From Macrostomum lignano (lineage: Eukaryota): a stretch of DNA of 64,000 nucleotides. The notes under the pieces were generated by a model that saw nothing but the letters and a program-made list of their open reading frames with translations, had not been told where the DNA came from and searched no databases. The stretch is from the NCBI GenBank assembly GCA_002269645.1, contig NIVC01001965.1, positions 218,254 to 282,253 on the forward strand, written 5' to 3'. Position numbers and translations under genes: made by a program. Below, in pieces: positions 11,534-24,219 of the stretch (the stretch's first letter is position 1; the number at the start of each line of letters is the position of its first letter).

Positions 11534-11864
11534 TGAAAACTGAAACAGGGTCTATAAGAGAGGTTGCTGCTGGCATCGTTCGTTTTGCTGATGTCTATGG
11601 CCGAATCATCTACTTGCTTGCCTTTTTACATCTAAATGCATGTTTATGCCAAGCGGCAATTCTTAACTTGGCTGACAACAGCCATAAAATGCACTAATTG
11701 CTTTTTTAACGATCTACATGTAAATGGAAATTTGGACAATCAAAATGGGAAAATCAATTCAAAACGGTAATTCGCCCAATTTAATGTACTTTTTGTATCT
11801 CAGGGCCACGGGAATATTTAAAAGTGAACAAAGTGTCCGTTACCGAAAGCAAAACAAAAGTAAC

Positions 11865-12099
11865 TCAGAAGCTTTGAGCGTCAGGAAAGGATTTCATCGA
11901 GTTTCTCAACCAAGAATTCTCTCATTTCCTGATCGGCCTTGCACAATCCTTCTTTCCGACCACCGCGAGGAAAGGGATTCCACTCTGCCATCGAGTCGAA
12001 AGTTGGCAGCGATTTGGAATGCGGTCCTTCGATGGATGACCCTTGTTCAATCGCATCAGTCAGCCGCTGGCGATCTGCTACAGGAATTGGTGGCGCCAT
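11865..12099 (-). pseudogene. Truncated N-terminal (HTH) fragment of a Tc1/IS630-like transposase
   Basis: MAPPIPVADRQRLTDAIEQG...PRGGRKEGLCKADQEMREFLVEKL, then DENPFLTLK after a 1-nt frameshift, resembling the RGG-linked paired HTH of Tc1-like transposases. Imperfect inverted repeats lie at about 11690-11755 and 12255-12310 (taaatgg(a/c)aatttggacaatcaaa). Confidence 0.5.
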
Positions 12100-12591
12100 T
12101 CAATGGGGTCGATTCCCATTTTGAATGGCTTTTTTTACCATATTGAATGTTCAAAGTTATCGTCTATGGCCAAGCCTCCCTCAGTGGACTTTGCTAAACT
12201 GCTTAAGTCCATGACTAGGGTGCGATCTGTGGCCTGGCTTGAATGTCTATGGCGTCCCGATTTGATTGTCCAAATTGCCATTTAGATCTTCAAAAGCGAT
12301 AGCAGTACAACAAATGCACGTTCCTTGCTCATTTCTAAGAAATTCGCATCTTTCTGCTTCAGTTGTCCCTGAACACATTTGACCTGCGAGTGTTAAAGCA
12401 GTTGTTGCATAGCGAATCCTCTTGATAGACAACAATTTTATCATTCTGATATCTTGTACGTAAGCTAGTAAGATTTTTAGTCTGTTTCCATTTTGAGTAG
12501 AGTGTGTGCTCCATCGCCCTGTGCGTTGTCTTGAATCTTCATAAGTTTGTTTAACTTTTCTGGCTACATTTATAACGCAATTTATACATTT

Positions 12592-12675
12592 ATAATGATA
12601 ATAATAATATTAATATTAATAATTGATTGCACCTGCCCTATTGGGCAGATGTGCAACAGACAGCTCAACCACCTG
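12592..12675 (-). mobile_element. 3' tail fragment shared with SINE family A
   Basis: The reverse complement reads gagctgtctgttgcacatctgcccaatagggcaggtgcaatcaattattaatatt..., matching the 3' end of the SINE at 48641-48940. Confidence 0.7.
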
Positions 12676-13131
12676 TTGAATGTCCAGAAGCTCCGCCTGG
12701 GTGAAGGCCATAGACCAACGAAGTCAGAGCTGATGCAGACACATGTAGTCGACGTGCTGATGAAATTTGAAGGCTTGGCAAGGCTGCACTGAGGCGCAGT
12801 GCTGATTGGCGCGCAGGGGTGTACTGAATACACTAGAGCTTATGGGAAAAACCCGACCTTCTGGAAGAACCGTCGAATATCTCGACGGTCCGTAGAGCTG
12901 GCGACTTGATTCTTGTTTGAGAAGTCAGCCCGTGTTCTTGAATTTCGTGTGCCTGCGTTGCTCCGTTAAAAATGGCTTGGTATTCCCAATGTTAAACCTT
13001 GTGAATTACCAGCAATGTCTTTCAATGCAAATATTCGGTAATCAAGTACGACGTTATTATTGAGAGATAAGTGTGCGCGGGGACGACTTGCTGGCGTATA
13101 ATTTATTAAAGTCCGATTTATCTAGCAGCAG

Positions 13132-16100
13132 TCATCCGATCTTCGGCAGTGTCACGTCAATCCGGTAGCTGTAGCACAGTTCAAATCCTTGATCTGCAGG
13201 CCGCTTAGCTAACAGGTGCAGGTGATAGCGACCGCCCGACACAAAATTCACTAGAACAGTTGCCGACTGGCCCGACAAGCTAGTCTCGCAGTTGTCGCTG
13301 TGGTCCTCAGCCGGCTGCTGCTGCTGGGCCAGCCTGGTGAGGGTCACGGCGAAGTCCAGCTCACCCTTGACGCCGAATCGAAGCGCCATCGTCTCGGCGT
13401 CTTGCACAGTCAGCTTGAATTTGGACTCGGCAGTCAGGCCGAGACGCTTGGCTGAAGAGCCGCTGGCTCCGGGCTTCACCTTCGACTCGTCGATCGCAGG
13501 CCGGGCGAGGCTGCCGCCCTGTTCCGGCAGGCCTGAGCACCTGAGCAGGTATTTGCAGACGTGAGTCGCCTGACAGCCAGCCCGCTCCAGGAACAGCTCC
13601 AGGGCGTAGACGCCCGACTCCGGGGGTCGCACCAGCAGCAGCAGCACGTTGCCTTGACGACGAATGCGAATGTAGCGATTCAGCGTCTGCGAAGTCAGGC
13701 CGTTCTTGTGCAGCAGAGCGGTGAATGCTGTAGCCTCCTGGAGTAAATCGTCCGGCACCCAGAACTCCACGGTCAGCTCCGAGCCCTGACTTGCGTCGAA
13801 GTTGATGACGGCTGACCCGTGGTTCATCGGCTTCACCCCAAAATGCCGCAGCGCTTTCGCCGGTCCCCATTCGCCGTTGCCGCCGGCGCCGCTGGCCTTG
13901 GGCAGCGGATTCATCCGCTTCTGCAGGGCGGCAGCGGACACCTTGAATTTGGCGACAGATTTCATGCGCACCTGGTTGCCGTACAGAGACGGACTGTGCG
14001 GCTGAACTACGGCGGCGAAGATCTCTAGGTAGTAGGCCTGCCGGCTGGGCACGTGGACGTCGAACACGAGACTCCCAGGTGTTGGCACTGAGAAGAAAAT
14101 GTACCTGGGATTGGAGGAGTTTAGTGATGAGTTTCCCGGGAAAATAATAATGATAAAAATGATTAATTACACCTGCCCCAATTGGGCCAGATGTGCAACC
14201 GACAGCTCACCCGCAACTATTGTACGGCTGTTCAGTCCAAGGGCTGCAGGGGGTCGCCACACACACCCTCAATTACCATCAGCTAATGCTGGCACCTATT
14301 TTACAGCTGAGTGACCTGAAGCAATGCAGAATTAAGTGTCTTGCTCAAGGACACAAATTGCTCCAGTGGGATCGGGAATCGAATTCCCGACCTTCTAGTC
14401 GTGAGCCCGACGCTCTTACCACTTACACCCGCAATAGAGCAGTAGTCAACTTGTTTTCTTTTTATGAAATCCTAAAGTTAAGAAGTTAGCGCCCTTCTAT
14501 CCAGATACTTTAGCTGTCCATGACCTCTAGAGTCACCCCCACCTGTCCAACTGCGCTCCCTGATAATAGGCCGCCCCGGTCTCAGCGCAGCGGAACTGGA
14601 AGTGGCACATCAGCGGCAGGTCCTGCTGCCGCAGGCTGATCTCCAACGCTGCACCGCCGAACTCGTTGGCTTCGAGTAGCGCCTTCGTGTCAGCCGGGAA
14701 CTCCATGCCGAAGTGGAAGAAGTCCGACCTGACAAACGGCAGCGCCTCAAAGTCCGTGAGGCCGATCGGCCGGTCCAGCAGCTGCCATTTCGGCTCGAAT
14801 GGGAAAAATTCATAAATAAACTTTTCCGGATCTGTCAAGAAGTAGTGCTCATCATAGTCGTAGCGAAGATTCTTGCCGTCTGTCGGCTGATTTGGGTTGG
14901 CCGGCAGTGTCTGCTGGTGTTGTTGCTGCTGTAGGGCTAAAATTTTTAATATTCAATATAACACTTTTATATTCGCAAGGTAAGCATTAGTGACGTATCC
15001 TATGCTATTTTGCATACTTTCTTAAGTCTCTTCATAAGTACTTTTGCTTTTGCCCATCGCTAACCAATTGTGAAGCTTTTCTGTTTGCTTCAGCTTCTGG
15101 ACCCTGCCTAAACCCTACTCTGGACCCTTCCTAAACCCTACTCTGAACCCTTCCTAAACCCTACTCTGAACCCTTCCTAAACCCTACTCTGAACCCTTCC
15201 TAAACCCTACTCTGAACCCTTCCTAAACCCTACTCTGAACCTTAACCTAACTAAACCCTACTCTGGACTCTACCCTAAACCTGGACTCTGGACTCTACTC
15301 TGAACCCTCCCTAAATAAACCCTACTCTGAACCCTTCCTAAACCCTACTCTGAAAACAAACCCTCACCTTCACCCTAATCCTAAATTGAATCGCAACCTA
15401 AAACCTATCCTTAACCATACCCTAAACCTAATACTGAACCCTACTCTAAAACTTACATTGAACCCTGAACCCTATCATAAACTCTATCCCAAACCCTACC
15501 CAGAACCTTGTATACCGAACCCTAACCCGAACACCTACTCTGAACTTATTGACCTTTGGGATTCATTTTTAGACTAATAAAAATCGTTTAATCATTTGCA
15601 ACCCACAGAATTCGCCCATCGATCTGTTACGCACTTCCAATAGCGGACGGTCGCCTATTCCTGTTGCGCACAATGCGCCTGGCCGCCCAGTTGCACTGCA
15701 CCAGCCGCCAGTCGCCGTCGATGAACACCGCGTTCCAAGTGTTTTTGAATTGGTGCGCATTTCTAAACTGCATGCAGGGCTCGTAGCCGGCCGATTTTGA
15801 ATAGCCTGCGGATGCGAGATTCCGAGTATTTCCCTAACGGTCATCATCAACTCCAGACATAAGACATTAATCATATGGTATTGCTTTAAGCAGCCTATTT
15901 TTCACTTGGGGCTTTCAAACGTGGACACGGAGACTCTATGGCTTCGCTTGCTCAAAGTAGTCTATGGCCCAAACCAAAATGGCTAGAAGGCGCAATCAGT
16001 TTTCCACACCAGCTGGAGCAAAGGACTCCATGGAAAAGGAGTGGAATTTTGTCTATGGTCAAAGCTATACTGAGACCATACAGTGCAGAAGCTTTTTATA

Positions 16101-19100
16101 AGAGGCTATAATCAGAGGCTATACAGACAACAAGCTCTAAACTGAAGCAAGACCACAAAGAGCCCTTCTCTTTTGACGAATTGATTGATTGACGCATTTT
16201 CTGCTCTCCGATGGCGGAGGTTCAACCTCCCAAGGTCAAATTTTTTATGTTAAAATTAGCGACGAAACGCGGCGACTCAGTGCCACAGAACTGAGAACTT
16301 ACACAGAATGCTCAATCAGTGTATGTCTATGACTCCGAAATGCATGCGCGTGCACACTACTTTTTTAGTGAAGGTGCCGGAAGTAGTGCAGATGAAAACT
16401 GATCAAGTATTTTATTTATTAGATTTCTGATCATCAGTAATTATAGAAAACTGGGAAGAAACCGGCTCATATCAAGTACGCTAGGAAAGACCACAGATAC
16501 GAAAATAACTAGATGGACCACTCAGGCATATATGCTTAGTGAAACAGCTTTCTACTTTCAGTTCAGTAGCAAATAAGAATACACAAGCTATTTTATAAAA
16601 ATAATCGCAGCTGAAATGAATTTGATAAGTTTAGAAGCCCAAGCTTGCAGACGTAAACAGTTTGCTAATTGGTTCAGGAGTAATGTACATTAGCCAGTCC
16701 ACTGAAATGTACATGGCAGCTTTAGGCTGGAATTCCGAGAAAGGCAATAAAATTGGGGCGGGGCGAGGGGGCTAGTGTGGAAAGGCGCGGTCGGAGGGTT
16801 TAAGCTGGGGGGTAGGAGCCAATAAATGAGCCTTGGCTTTTAAAACACATTTAAATGCTTCAGTTTAACTTACTACTGAACTGAAAGTAGCTTGCACGCA
16901 AATGTGCTGAGTGGCCCATCTAGTTATTCTAGTATCTGCATGTACGAAAGACAAAACTAACTCACTGTATTGAACTATATTGAAGTTATTCGGTTCAAAC
17001 TGGGACTGCAAAATGCTATAGTTAGTTAGTTCGCCCGAGGTTTTCGGCACTGCCACAGATCCAAGGCAACAGTCGCACACGCGCTCACACTGGGTGTACA
17101 TTCTGTACAACGGTCCTGGCTTTCTCATCATTAGGCATGTACACTCTCTGTGGCTAGACCGTATTAATATCAAGTAAGACGCGTTAACCACTTCGCGCCC
17201 AAGCTTGGTTCCGCAAGATGGCTTAAAAGCCCAAAGGCCTGCAGAGCAGTCCATAGACAAATTTGTCTTTTTTGCTGAATCGAGTGCACACTCTAGAAGC
17301 CCAGAAGTAAAGTATATCACATAGTTTTTCAGCTAGCTCCTGTTCAAACCTTCCTACCCACAAATGGCTTTTACGCGGCCGAATAGGACAGCTAAAAGTG
17401 ACGCCTTGCGCAGACTGGGACTCGAATCCGATTCGGAAGACGCTTTATCAAGCAATGACTAGACGGTTTTTGAGTCAGAAACAGAGTCGGAAGGCATGGA
17501 TCCAGAAATTGATCAGAGCCAAGATGAGGCGACCGCGGAATGGGTTGAAGTAACCCCTGGAAATGACAACTCGTTTGACCACGACGGGGTGCCGGTATTC
17601 CGAGGGTTTTCGACCATCAATCTAAGCACTGGTCTACCAGAAAATCCAGACGAAAGTATGAAATAATTTTTATCAATCTTCCTGACTGAAGAGTTTCTCA
17701 CCACCGTCTTGTCACATGGACCAATGAGCGAATGTGGTTGGCAGTCAGGGAGTTCCAGCAGGAGAGTGCAGAAAATGGCGAGGAAGAGAGCGAGAGTTGT
17801 TGAGCTTAGCCGCGAAGTGCTGGGCGAAGGATACCACATATACACGGACGACTCCCTGCAACGGAAGCCCAGACTCGCCCAAGCAAACGATTCCGAATTT
17901 GAAACCTGACGTTCCAGCTAAGAAGACAGTATTTTGCTGCGGCCAATGTCCCGGAAATCCTGGTCTCTGTCCAGATCCATGCTAATTCATCCACGCTTTA
18001 TTTCCCCTTTAACATTTCTCATTTGAGTGAAAACACAATAGAAATGCACAATGGACGTCTTTAAATCAGTCATGGCCTGCACAGCAGGCCATACTGGGCA
18101 CTTGCTTTAGTGATTGGGAGATGGTTTTTGATGCCATAGACATTTTTCAATCTCTGGGTTTCTGGGCCGTTTCGGTATGGCCTGCAGTGCAGGCCTTTGG
18201 CTTCCAAATGGTTAAAGCCACTCCGTCCCCTTGATGTTGAATCGTTCAAATAAGTCGTTTTACCCCGATTAAACATTTTTCCCAGCCGATTTCATTTTGA
18301 TAATTTGTGATGCTATGCGCACCATGGTTTAAATGTCGACTTTATAATCAGGCCATATCTAACCATCTATCTGTAGCAATTTCTATCAACTTTTTTGTGG
18401 TGCCGCACCCAAATTGTTAAGCATGGGCAGATGGAGTCTCTCTGAGAATCCAGTCTGAAGTGCTCAATGGTCTGCCAAGGGGCTTGGGTCAGATCTGACG
18501 CGTTCACACACTATGTGCAGCTCCTAAAAGACTCAGGGGGTAAGAAAGCAATGAAACTGTTGGAGAAAGCAGATGTGCTTCAAATAGAGAATAGACAATG
18601 AGCTGAAGACAGCAGAGCTGCTCTCCAAAAGCATCGGACAAGAGATGATAAATATGCCATGTAAAATTGTTGCAGAGGGTAAATGCTTTCATTTCTTACC
18701 TCTCCTGCTTGAGGTTCTATCACTAATTACTAGTCTTGTCTTCAAACAGTAACGCGCCGGTGCCTGCAATCTGTCTCTTTCTCTCTCTGTTCAATTTCAA
18801 CCTGATTGACAGCTTGTTGGCATTTCCTAACCTAAGCATGTGGGCGGGCATGGGAACTTGCCAACGCCTTAAGGCTTAGACCAAGCATCTGGAGTCATCT
18901 TACAGCAGCTAGACACACCACCAAACAGCTAGAATCACTTCAAAACAGCTAGACACATCACCAAACATCTAGAGTCACCTCAAAACAGATAAACACATCA
19001 CCAAACATCTAGAGTCACCTCAAAACAGCTAGACACATCACCAAACATCTAGAGTCACCTCAAAACAGCTAGACACGCCACCAAACATCTAGAGTCACCT

Positions 19101-22100
19101 TAAAACAGCTAGACACATCACCAAACATCTAGAATCACCTCAAAACAGCTAGACACATCACCAAACATCTAGAGTCACCTCAAAACAGATAAACACATCA
19201 CCAAACATCTAGAGTCACCTCAAAACAGATAAACACATCACCAAACATCTAGAGTCACCTCAAAACAGATAAACACATCACCAAACATCTAGAGTCACCT
19301 CAAAACAGCTAGACACATCACCAAACATCTAGAGTCACCTCAAAACAGCTAGACACGCCACCAAACATCTAGAATCACCTCAAAACAGCTAGACACATCA
19401 CCAAACATCTAGAGTCACCTCAAAACAGATAAACACATCACCAAACATCTAGAGTCACCTCAAAACAGATAAACACATCACCAAACATCTAGAGTCACCT
19501 CAAAACAGATAAACACATCACCAAACATCTAGAGTCACCTCAAAACAGCTAGACACGCCACCAAACATCTAGAATCACCTCAAAACAGCTAGACACATCA
19601 CCAAACATCTAGAGTCACCTCAAAACAGATAAACACATCACCAAACATCTAGAGTCACCTCAAAACAGATAAACACATCACCAAACATCTAGAGTCACCT
19701 CAAAACAGCTAGACACATCACCAAACATCTAGAATCACCTCAAAACAGCTAGACACGCCACCAAACATCTAAGAGTCACCTCAAAACAGCTAGACACATC
19801 ACCAAACATCTAGAGTCACCTCAAAACAGCTAGACACATCACCAAACATCTAGAGTCACCTCAAAACAGCTAGACACATCACCAAACATCTAGAGTCACC
19901 TCAAAACAGCTAGACACATCACCAAACATCTAGAGTCACCTCAAAACAGCTAGACACACCAGCTAACACTAAGACACACTATCAAAAATCTACACACATA
20001 GAAATATCACTAAAAACTTCGACAGGAGTTTAAACAAACCGACACACCACTTAGCACCCTAACATGCTATCAGAGATACGTCTTTGAATACTTCTAGACA
20101 GTTTGTTGACGACAACTAGTTCACGTTTGCGTCGCAGTGCTTCCACCCCTTTACCTTTAATTTCAACCGCGTGAATCCCAGCGTACGAGCACAGCCGCAT
20201 GAACAGCACGTGATAGGTCTCTGTGCCAAACTGGATGCTTCTCAACAGTCCCATCGGAGTGTCCGGATTCCACTGGTTGTCAATGTGCAGCGTCGACAAG
20301 TCCTTAACGGTGATCCAGCGAAATATCGCCCGCACCTTCTCTAACTCCGACATGCAGTTGGCTGTCAGCTGTTCGGCCAGCTCCGTGAATGTCAGCTGCT
20401 GCCGGTCCTCGGCTATGCGGATCACGTGATCGTCCAGCTGTCCAAAGATCCCGGCGTCCGTATAGAGCGACGATTTTGGCCGGGAGGGCGCGCAAGGCGA
20501 CGGCACCCGGTCCGGGATGAAGCTCAGCATCCCGTTGGCATCGGCGGTGCTGCTGGCCACGTCAGTCAGCGAGTCTGACGCGCTGTCGATGGTCAGCAAG
20601 TCGACAGCCTGCGTTGTCCGATCGGCCAAGTCAGCCTCTTGGTGAGGCGCACCGCTGCCCTGATTGACTTGACTCCATTGAGTAGTCCGATCAGCTGTCA
20701 TTGCCCCGGGACCAGGCGCAGTGAATCCATCTACAGCTCTCGAGGACTGAGTCTGTCTGTCAACCAGCTGCTGCTGGTGCACGCCTGACGTTGTTGATGT
20801 CGACATTGAGGACACTGCTGCCGTCTGCTCCACCGGAGCGTCCGTCATGACGCCAAAATCGACGCCTCGATTGATTTGAGCAACGCCGAGACCGCCAGCA
20901 ACTTCCTCCTTGTTCTGCTTCTGCTGAGACGTCTCCTTGGCAGTTTCTCTTGGCTCTTTCTGCGCGAATTTGAAGCGTTTGACTTTTGTTGTTTTATTAA
21001 ATATTATTATTAATACACCTGCCTTAATGGCCAGACATGCAACCGACAGCTCAGCCGCAGCTATTGCGCGGCGCATTTGAAGGCTGCGTACGGCTGTTCA
21101 GTCCAAGGATTGGGGGGTCGCCACACACACCCTCAATTATCCCAGCTAATGCTGGCACCCATTTTACAGCTGGGTGAACTGAAGCAATGCAGAGTTATAA
21201 GTGTCTTGCTCAAGGACACAAATTATCCCAGTGGGATCGGGAATCGAACCACCGACCTTTCAGTCGTGACTTCAACACTCTAACCAGTTAGGCTACAGCC
21301 CCAAAGCAACAACAAGGCTACGATTGACCAATGAACCAAGTGATAGTTAGTTTTTTTCAGACGCCTGACTGAGCTATAGAGCCTATAGTTATATTAAGTG
21401 CACTTCAGAGTTAGTTTCAACTGAACCATTTATAACTTGCCTCAATCTCTTTCTGCTTTCTGGATAGCAGCTGCAGCATCTCGCGGCTCTGCCTGGACAC
21501 CAGCTCGGCTGTTCTCTCCTGGGCCAATTCCTGGAACTGCGATTCGATCGCGTCGCGCTGCTCGGCCTCCTTGAACCGGATGGTCCGATGGGCGGCCTCC
21601 TTCTCCGCGTCTGGCGCCCGTCTGCGCGTCATCTCCTGCAGGCGGGCCTCCCAGGTCTCCTTTATCTCGGCCTCGAGGTGCTGCTCCTTCTGCTGCCGAT
21701 CCGCCATCATCTCGCGCAGCAGCCGATCTTCTTCGGCCCGGTGTCGCTGCTCCAGCGCCTTCTGGGCCTCCAACAGTTCAGAACGGCGCGGACTGTGGGA
21801 ATGAGAATATGGTGTCCGACTTTCATGGAATTCCATCGATAGGGTGTCCGAGTTTCCTAAAATGTAATTGACAGAGTGTCCGAGTTTCCTGGAATGCTAT
21901 TGATAGGGTGTCCGAGTTTCCTGGATGGGAATGCTATTGATAGGGTTCCGATTTAATTCTATTGATAGGGTGTCCGAGTTTCCTGTAATGCTATTAATAG
22001 GGTGTCCGAGTTTTCTGAGTTTTCTGGAGTAATATTGACGCAATTTCCGAGTTTCCTGAAATGTAATTGACGGGTAGTCGGATGTCCCAGTTTCCTGGAA

Positions 22101-23857
22101 GGCTATTGACGGGTGTCCGAATTCTTCAAATGCTTTTGACGGGTGTCCGAATTCTTCAAATGCTGTTGACGGGTGTCCGAATTCTTCAAATGCTGTTGAC
22201 GGGTGTCCGAATTCTTCAAATGCTGTTGACGGGTGTCCGAATTCTAAGTCCGAGTTTCCTACTTGGGGTCTGACAGAGATCTTGAAATCATGGTCCTCAC
22301 CCCGGATTGAAGTGATGCCGACTAAACGTGGCCTTCCGACCTTCCGAACGAATTTTGGTCACCTCCACCGCCTGCCGGATGCTGATGGCCTGCGAGTCCA
22401 CCTGGCCGCCGCGGTGGACACCCGCGTCCCGGTCCCGGCTGCGGTTGTACAGCGTCTGCGCCGTCAGGGCCGTCCGCATCCCGACCTACAGACCAGGCGC
22501 AAAAATTCATTAAATGCCAACGGCTTCGGATCCGGTGATTTCTTTATTGAAGATTGAAGACAGCTTGTGATAAAGAATGTTGGCAATTTGGCATCTTCAA
22601 CACCTAATTTAGCATCTCTAACAACTAATTTAGCATCTATAACACCCAATTTAGCATCTATAACACCCAATTTAGCATCTCTAACACCTAATTTAGCATC
22701 TCTAACACCTATTTAGCGCCTTTAACACCTACTTTAGCATCTCTAACACCAATTTAGTGCTATAAACACCAAATTCAGAATCTTTAACACATAATTTAGC
22801 ATCTCTAACGCCTAATTTAGCATCTCTAACAGCTAATGTAGCATTTCTAACACAACTTAGCATCTCTAACACCCAATTTAGCATCTCTAACATCTAATTT
22901 AGCAACCCTAACACCTAATTTAGCGTCTCTAACACCTAATTTAGCATCTCTAACACCTAATTTAGCAACCCTAACACCTAATTTAGCGTCTCTAACACCT
23001 AATTTAGCATCTCTAACACCTAATTTAGCAACCCTAACACCAAATTTAGCATCTCTAACACCAAATTAAACATCTCTAACACCAAATTTAGCATCTCTAA
23101 TGCCTAATTTAGCATTTCTAACACATAATTTAGCATCTATAACGCCTAATTTAGCATCTCTAACAGCTAATGTAGCATTTCTAACACCTAATTTAGCATC
23201 TATACCACCTAATTTAGCATCTCTAACACCCAATTTAGCATCTTTAACACCTAATTTAGCAACCCTAACACCTAATTTAGCATCTCTAACGCCTAATTTA
23301 GCATCTCTAACAGCTAATGTAGCATTTCTAACACATAACTTAGCATCTGTAACACCAAATTTAGCATCTCTAACACCCAATTTAGCTTCTTTAACACCTA
23401 ATTTAGCAACCGCAACACCTAATTTAGCATCTCTAACGCCTACTTTAGCATCTCTAACAGCTAATGTAGCATTTCTAACACCTAATTTAGCATCTATAAC
23501 ACCTAATTTAGCATCTCTAAAACCTAATTTTTCATCTATAACATCTAATTTAGCATCTCTAAACAGTTGGCAGTTGCCAACTACTCTAGACAGACTCACA
23601 GTATCCACATCCATCTGAGCATTCTTCAGCTGAGGCCGGTGCCCTGAGCAGTAGACCTCCCTGTCAGCTGAGTCACTGGGATTCGCGCAATATGAGCTGA
23701 GTGTCAGCGACAAGCCGCAGACGTGGCAGCGGAAGCAGTTCTTGTGAAAGACGGCCTCATTCAGTGGGCCGATTTTCTCAGTCGGGTAGACAGTCTTGCC
23801 GCAACGGTAGCACTGCTGCGGCCCCGTGGCGAACTGTGACACAAGCCGTCGGTTCAT
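13132..23857 (-). CDS. Hil: Hillarin-like protein (N-terminal LIM, coiled coil, transglutaminase-like/KY-type domain), about 1045 aa, 7 exons
   Basis: complement(join(13132..14104,14543..14936,15635..15805,20155..20959,21441..21792,22301..22485,23600..23857)); the phases chain and the total of 3138 nt is divisible by 3. Motifs: LIM CYRCGKTVYPTEKIGP..FHKNCFRC; AIFRWITVKDL..DTPMGLLRSIQFGTETYHVLFMRLCSYAGIHAVEIKGYSKSAGY..NTWNAV..WRLVQCNW; LRYDYDEHYFLTDPEKFIYEFFP. One donor appears to be GC. An upstream exon cannot be excluded. Confidence 0.9.
14145..14430 (-). mobile_element. tRNA-derived SINE, family A (CORE-like central block)
   Basis: The minus strand has an A-box/B-box head (gtaagtggtaagagcg...ggaattcgattccc), then tgtgtccttgagcaagacacttaa...cagctgtaaaatagg, then an AT-rich tail. 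It is homologous to 20998-21301 and 48641-48940. Confidence 0.85.
15098..15545. repeat. 23-bp minisatellite decaying into ccctaa-like degenerate repeats
   Basis: Unit ctaaaccctactctgaacccttc, in a hillarin intron. Confidence 0.85.
16492..16938 (+). mobile_element. P-like MITE, copy 2
   Basis: Colinear with 5765-6216; starts CACAGATAC and ends CTAGTATCTG. A degenerate TSD (g)gaaagac lies on both sides. Confidence 0.8.
17072..17160 (-). mobile_element. SINE family B body fragment
   Basis: The reverse complement cacagagagtgtacatgcctaatgatgagaaagccagg...tgtacacccagtgtgagcgcg matches 48195-48262. Confidence 0.65.
17188..18211 (+). mobile_element. Internally deleted piggyBac-like element with decayed transposase
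   Basis: Flanked by TTAA on both sides (17184-87 and 18212-15), with termini CCACTT/AAATGG and subterminal repeats ccaaaggcctgca. One frame from ATG 17364 (two stops) gives an acidic N-terminus, FLSIFLTEEF and VVELSREVLGEGYHIYTDD. A second frame gives the Cys-rich tail KTVFCCGQCPGNPGLCPDPC. Confidence 0.8.
18905..19975. repeat. 40-bp minisatellite (dimer of related 20-mers), about 26 copies
   Basis: Unit ccaaacatctagagtcacctcaaaacagctagacacatca. Confidence 0.97.
20998..21301 (-). mobile_element. tRNA-derived SINE, family A
   Basis: The minus strand has the head gtagcctaactggttagagtg...gtggttcgattccc, the CORE-like block and an (att)n tail. Confidence 0.9.
21838..22258. repeat. About 30-bp diverged minisatellite
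   Basis: Unit ttgacgggtgtccgaattcttcaaatgctg plus degenerate copies. Confidence 0.85.
22575..23565. repeat. 21-bp minisatellite, about 45 copies, in hillarin intron 1
   Basis: Unit acacctaatttagcatctcta. Confidence 0.95.
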
Positions 23858-24219
23858 GCTTGGCTTCTAATTCACACGAACCTGTCACTGAATTCGCTAG
23901 ACGGTTTTTATGCAGACAGTAGCTGCGCGGCCGGATCGCCTCAGCCAATCGAATTAGATTTCTTTCAGTGTACCTGTACTTTACGAATGCGAATAATTTG
24001 CATTATTCACTACTGAAATATTATGCACTCCAGTAGTAGTTTTTGATGAATGTTACAAGATAAAATTATTAACAGATGAAAAGACAAGATTTGTTTAAAT
24101 TTTGTTCATCAATTTGGGTTACTGGAAAGTTGCCGATGAACTTAGCAATTTTAAGCTAAAATATTAAAGTCTAATCTTCTTGATTTCGTTCGTTGAATTT
24201 GAATTTTCCTTATCGCCAC

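Noticed and set aside
15098-15545. Interstitial telomere
   Set aside because: Only scattered ccctaa-like words inside a 23-bp unit; there is no (TTAGGG)n run.
16425-16445. Isolated CTGATGA-tca-GAAA on the minus strand as a hammerhead
   Set aside because: There are no surrounding helices and it is a single occurrence, as expected by chance.
20960-21076. N-terminal extension [13 protein letters not shown] of ORF 20051-21076 (also at 48857)
   Set aside because: It is read from SINE-A sequence; the real exon starts at the acceptor at 20959.
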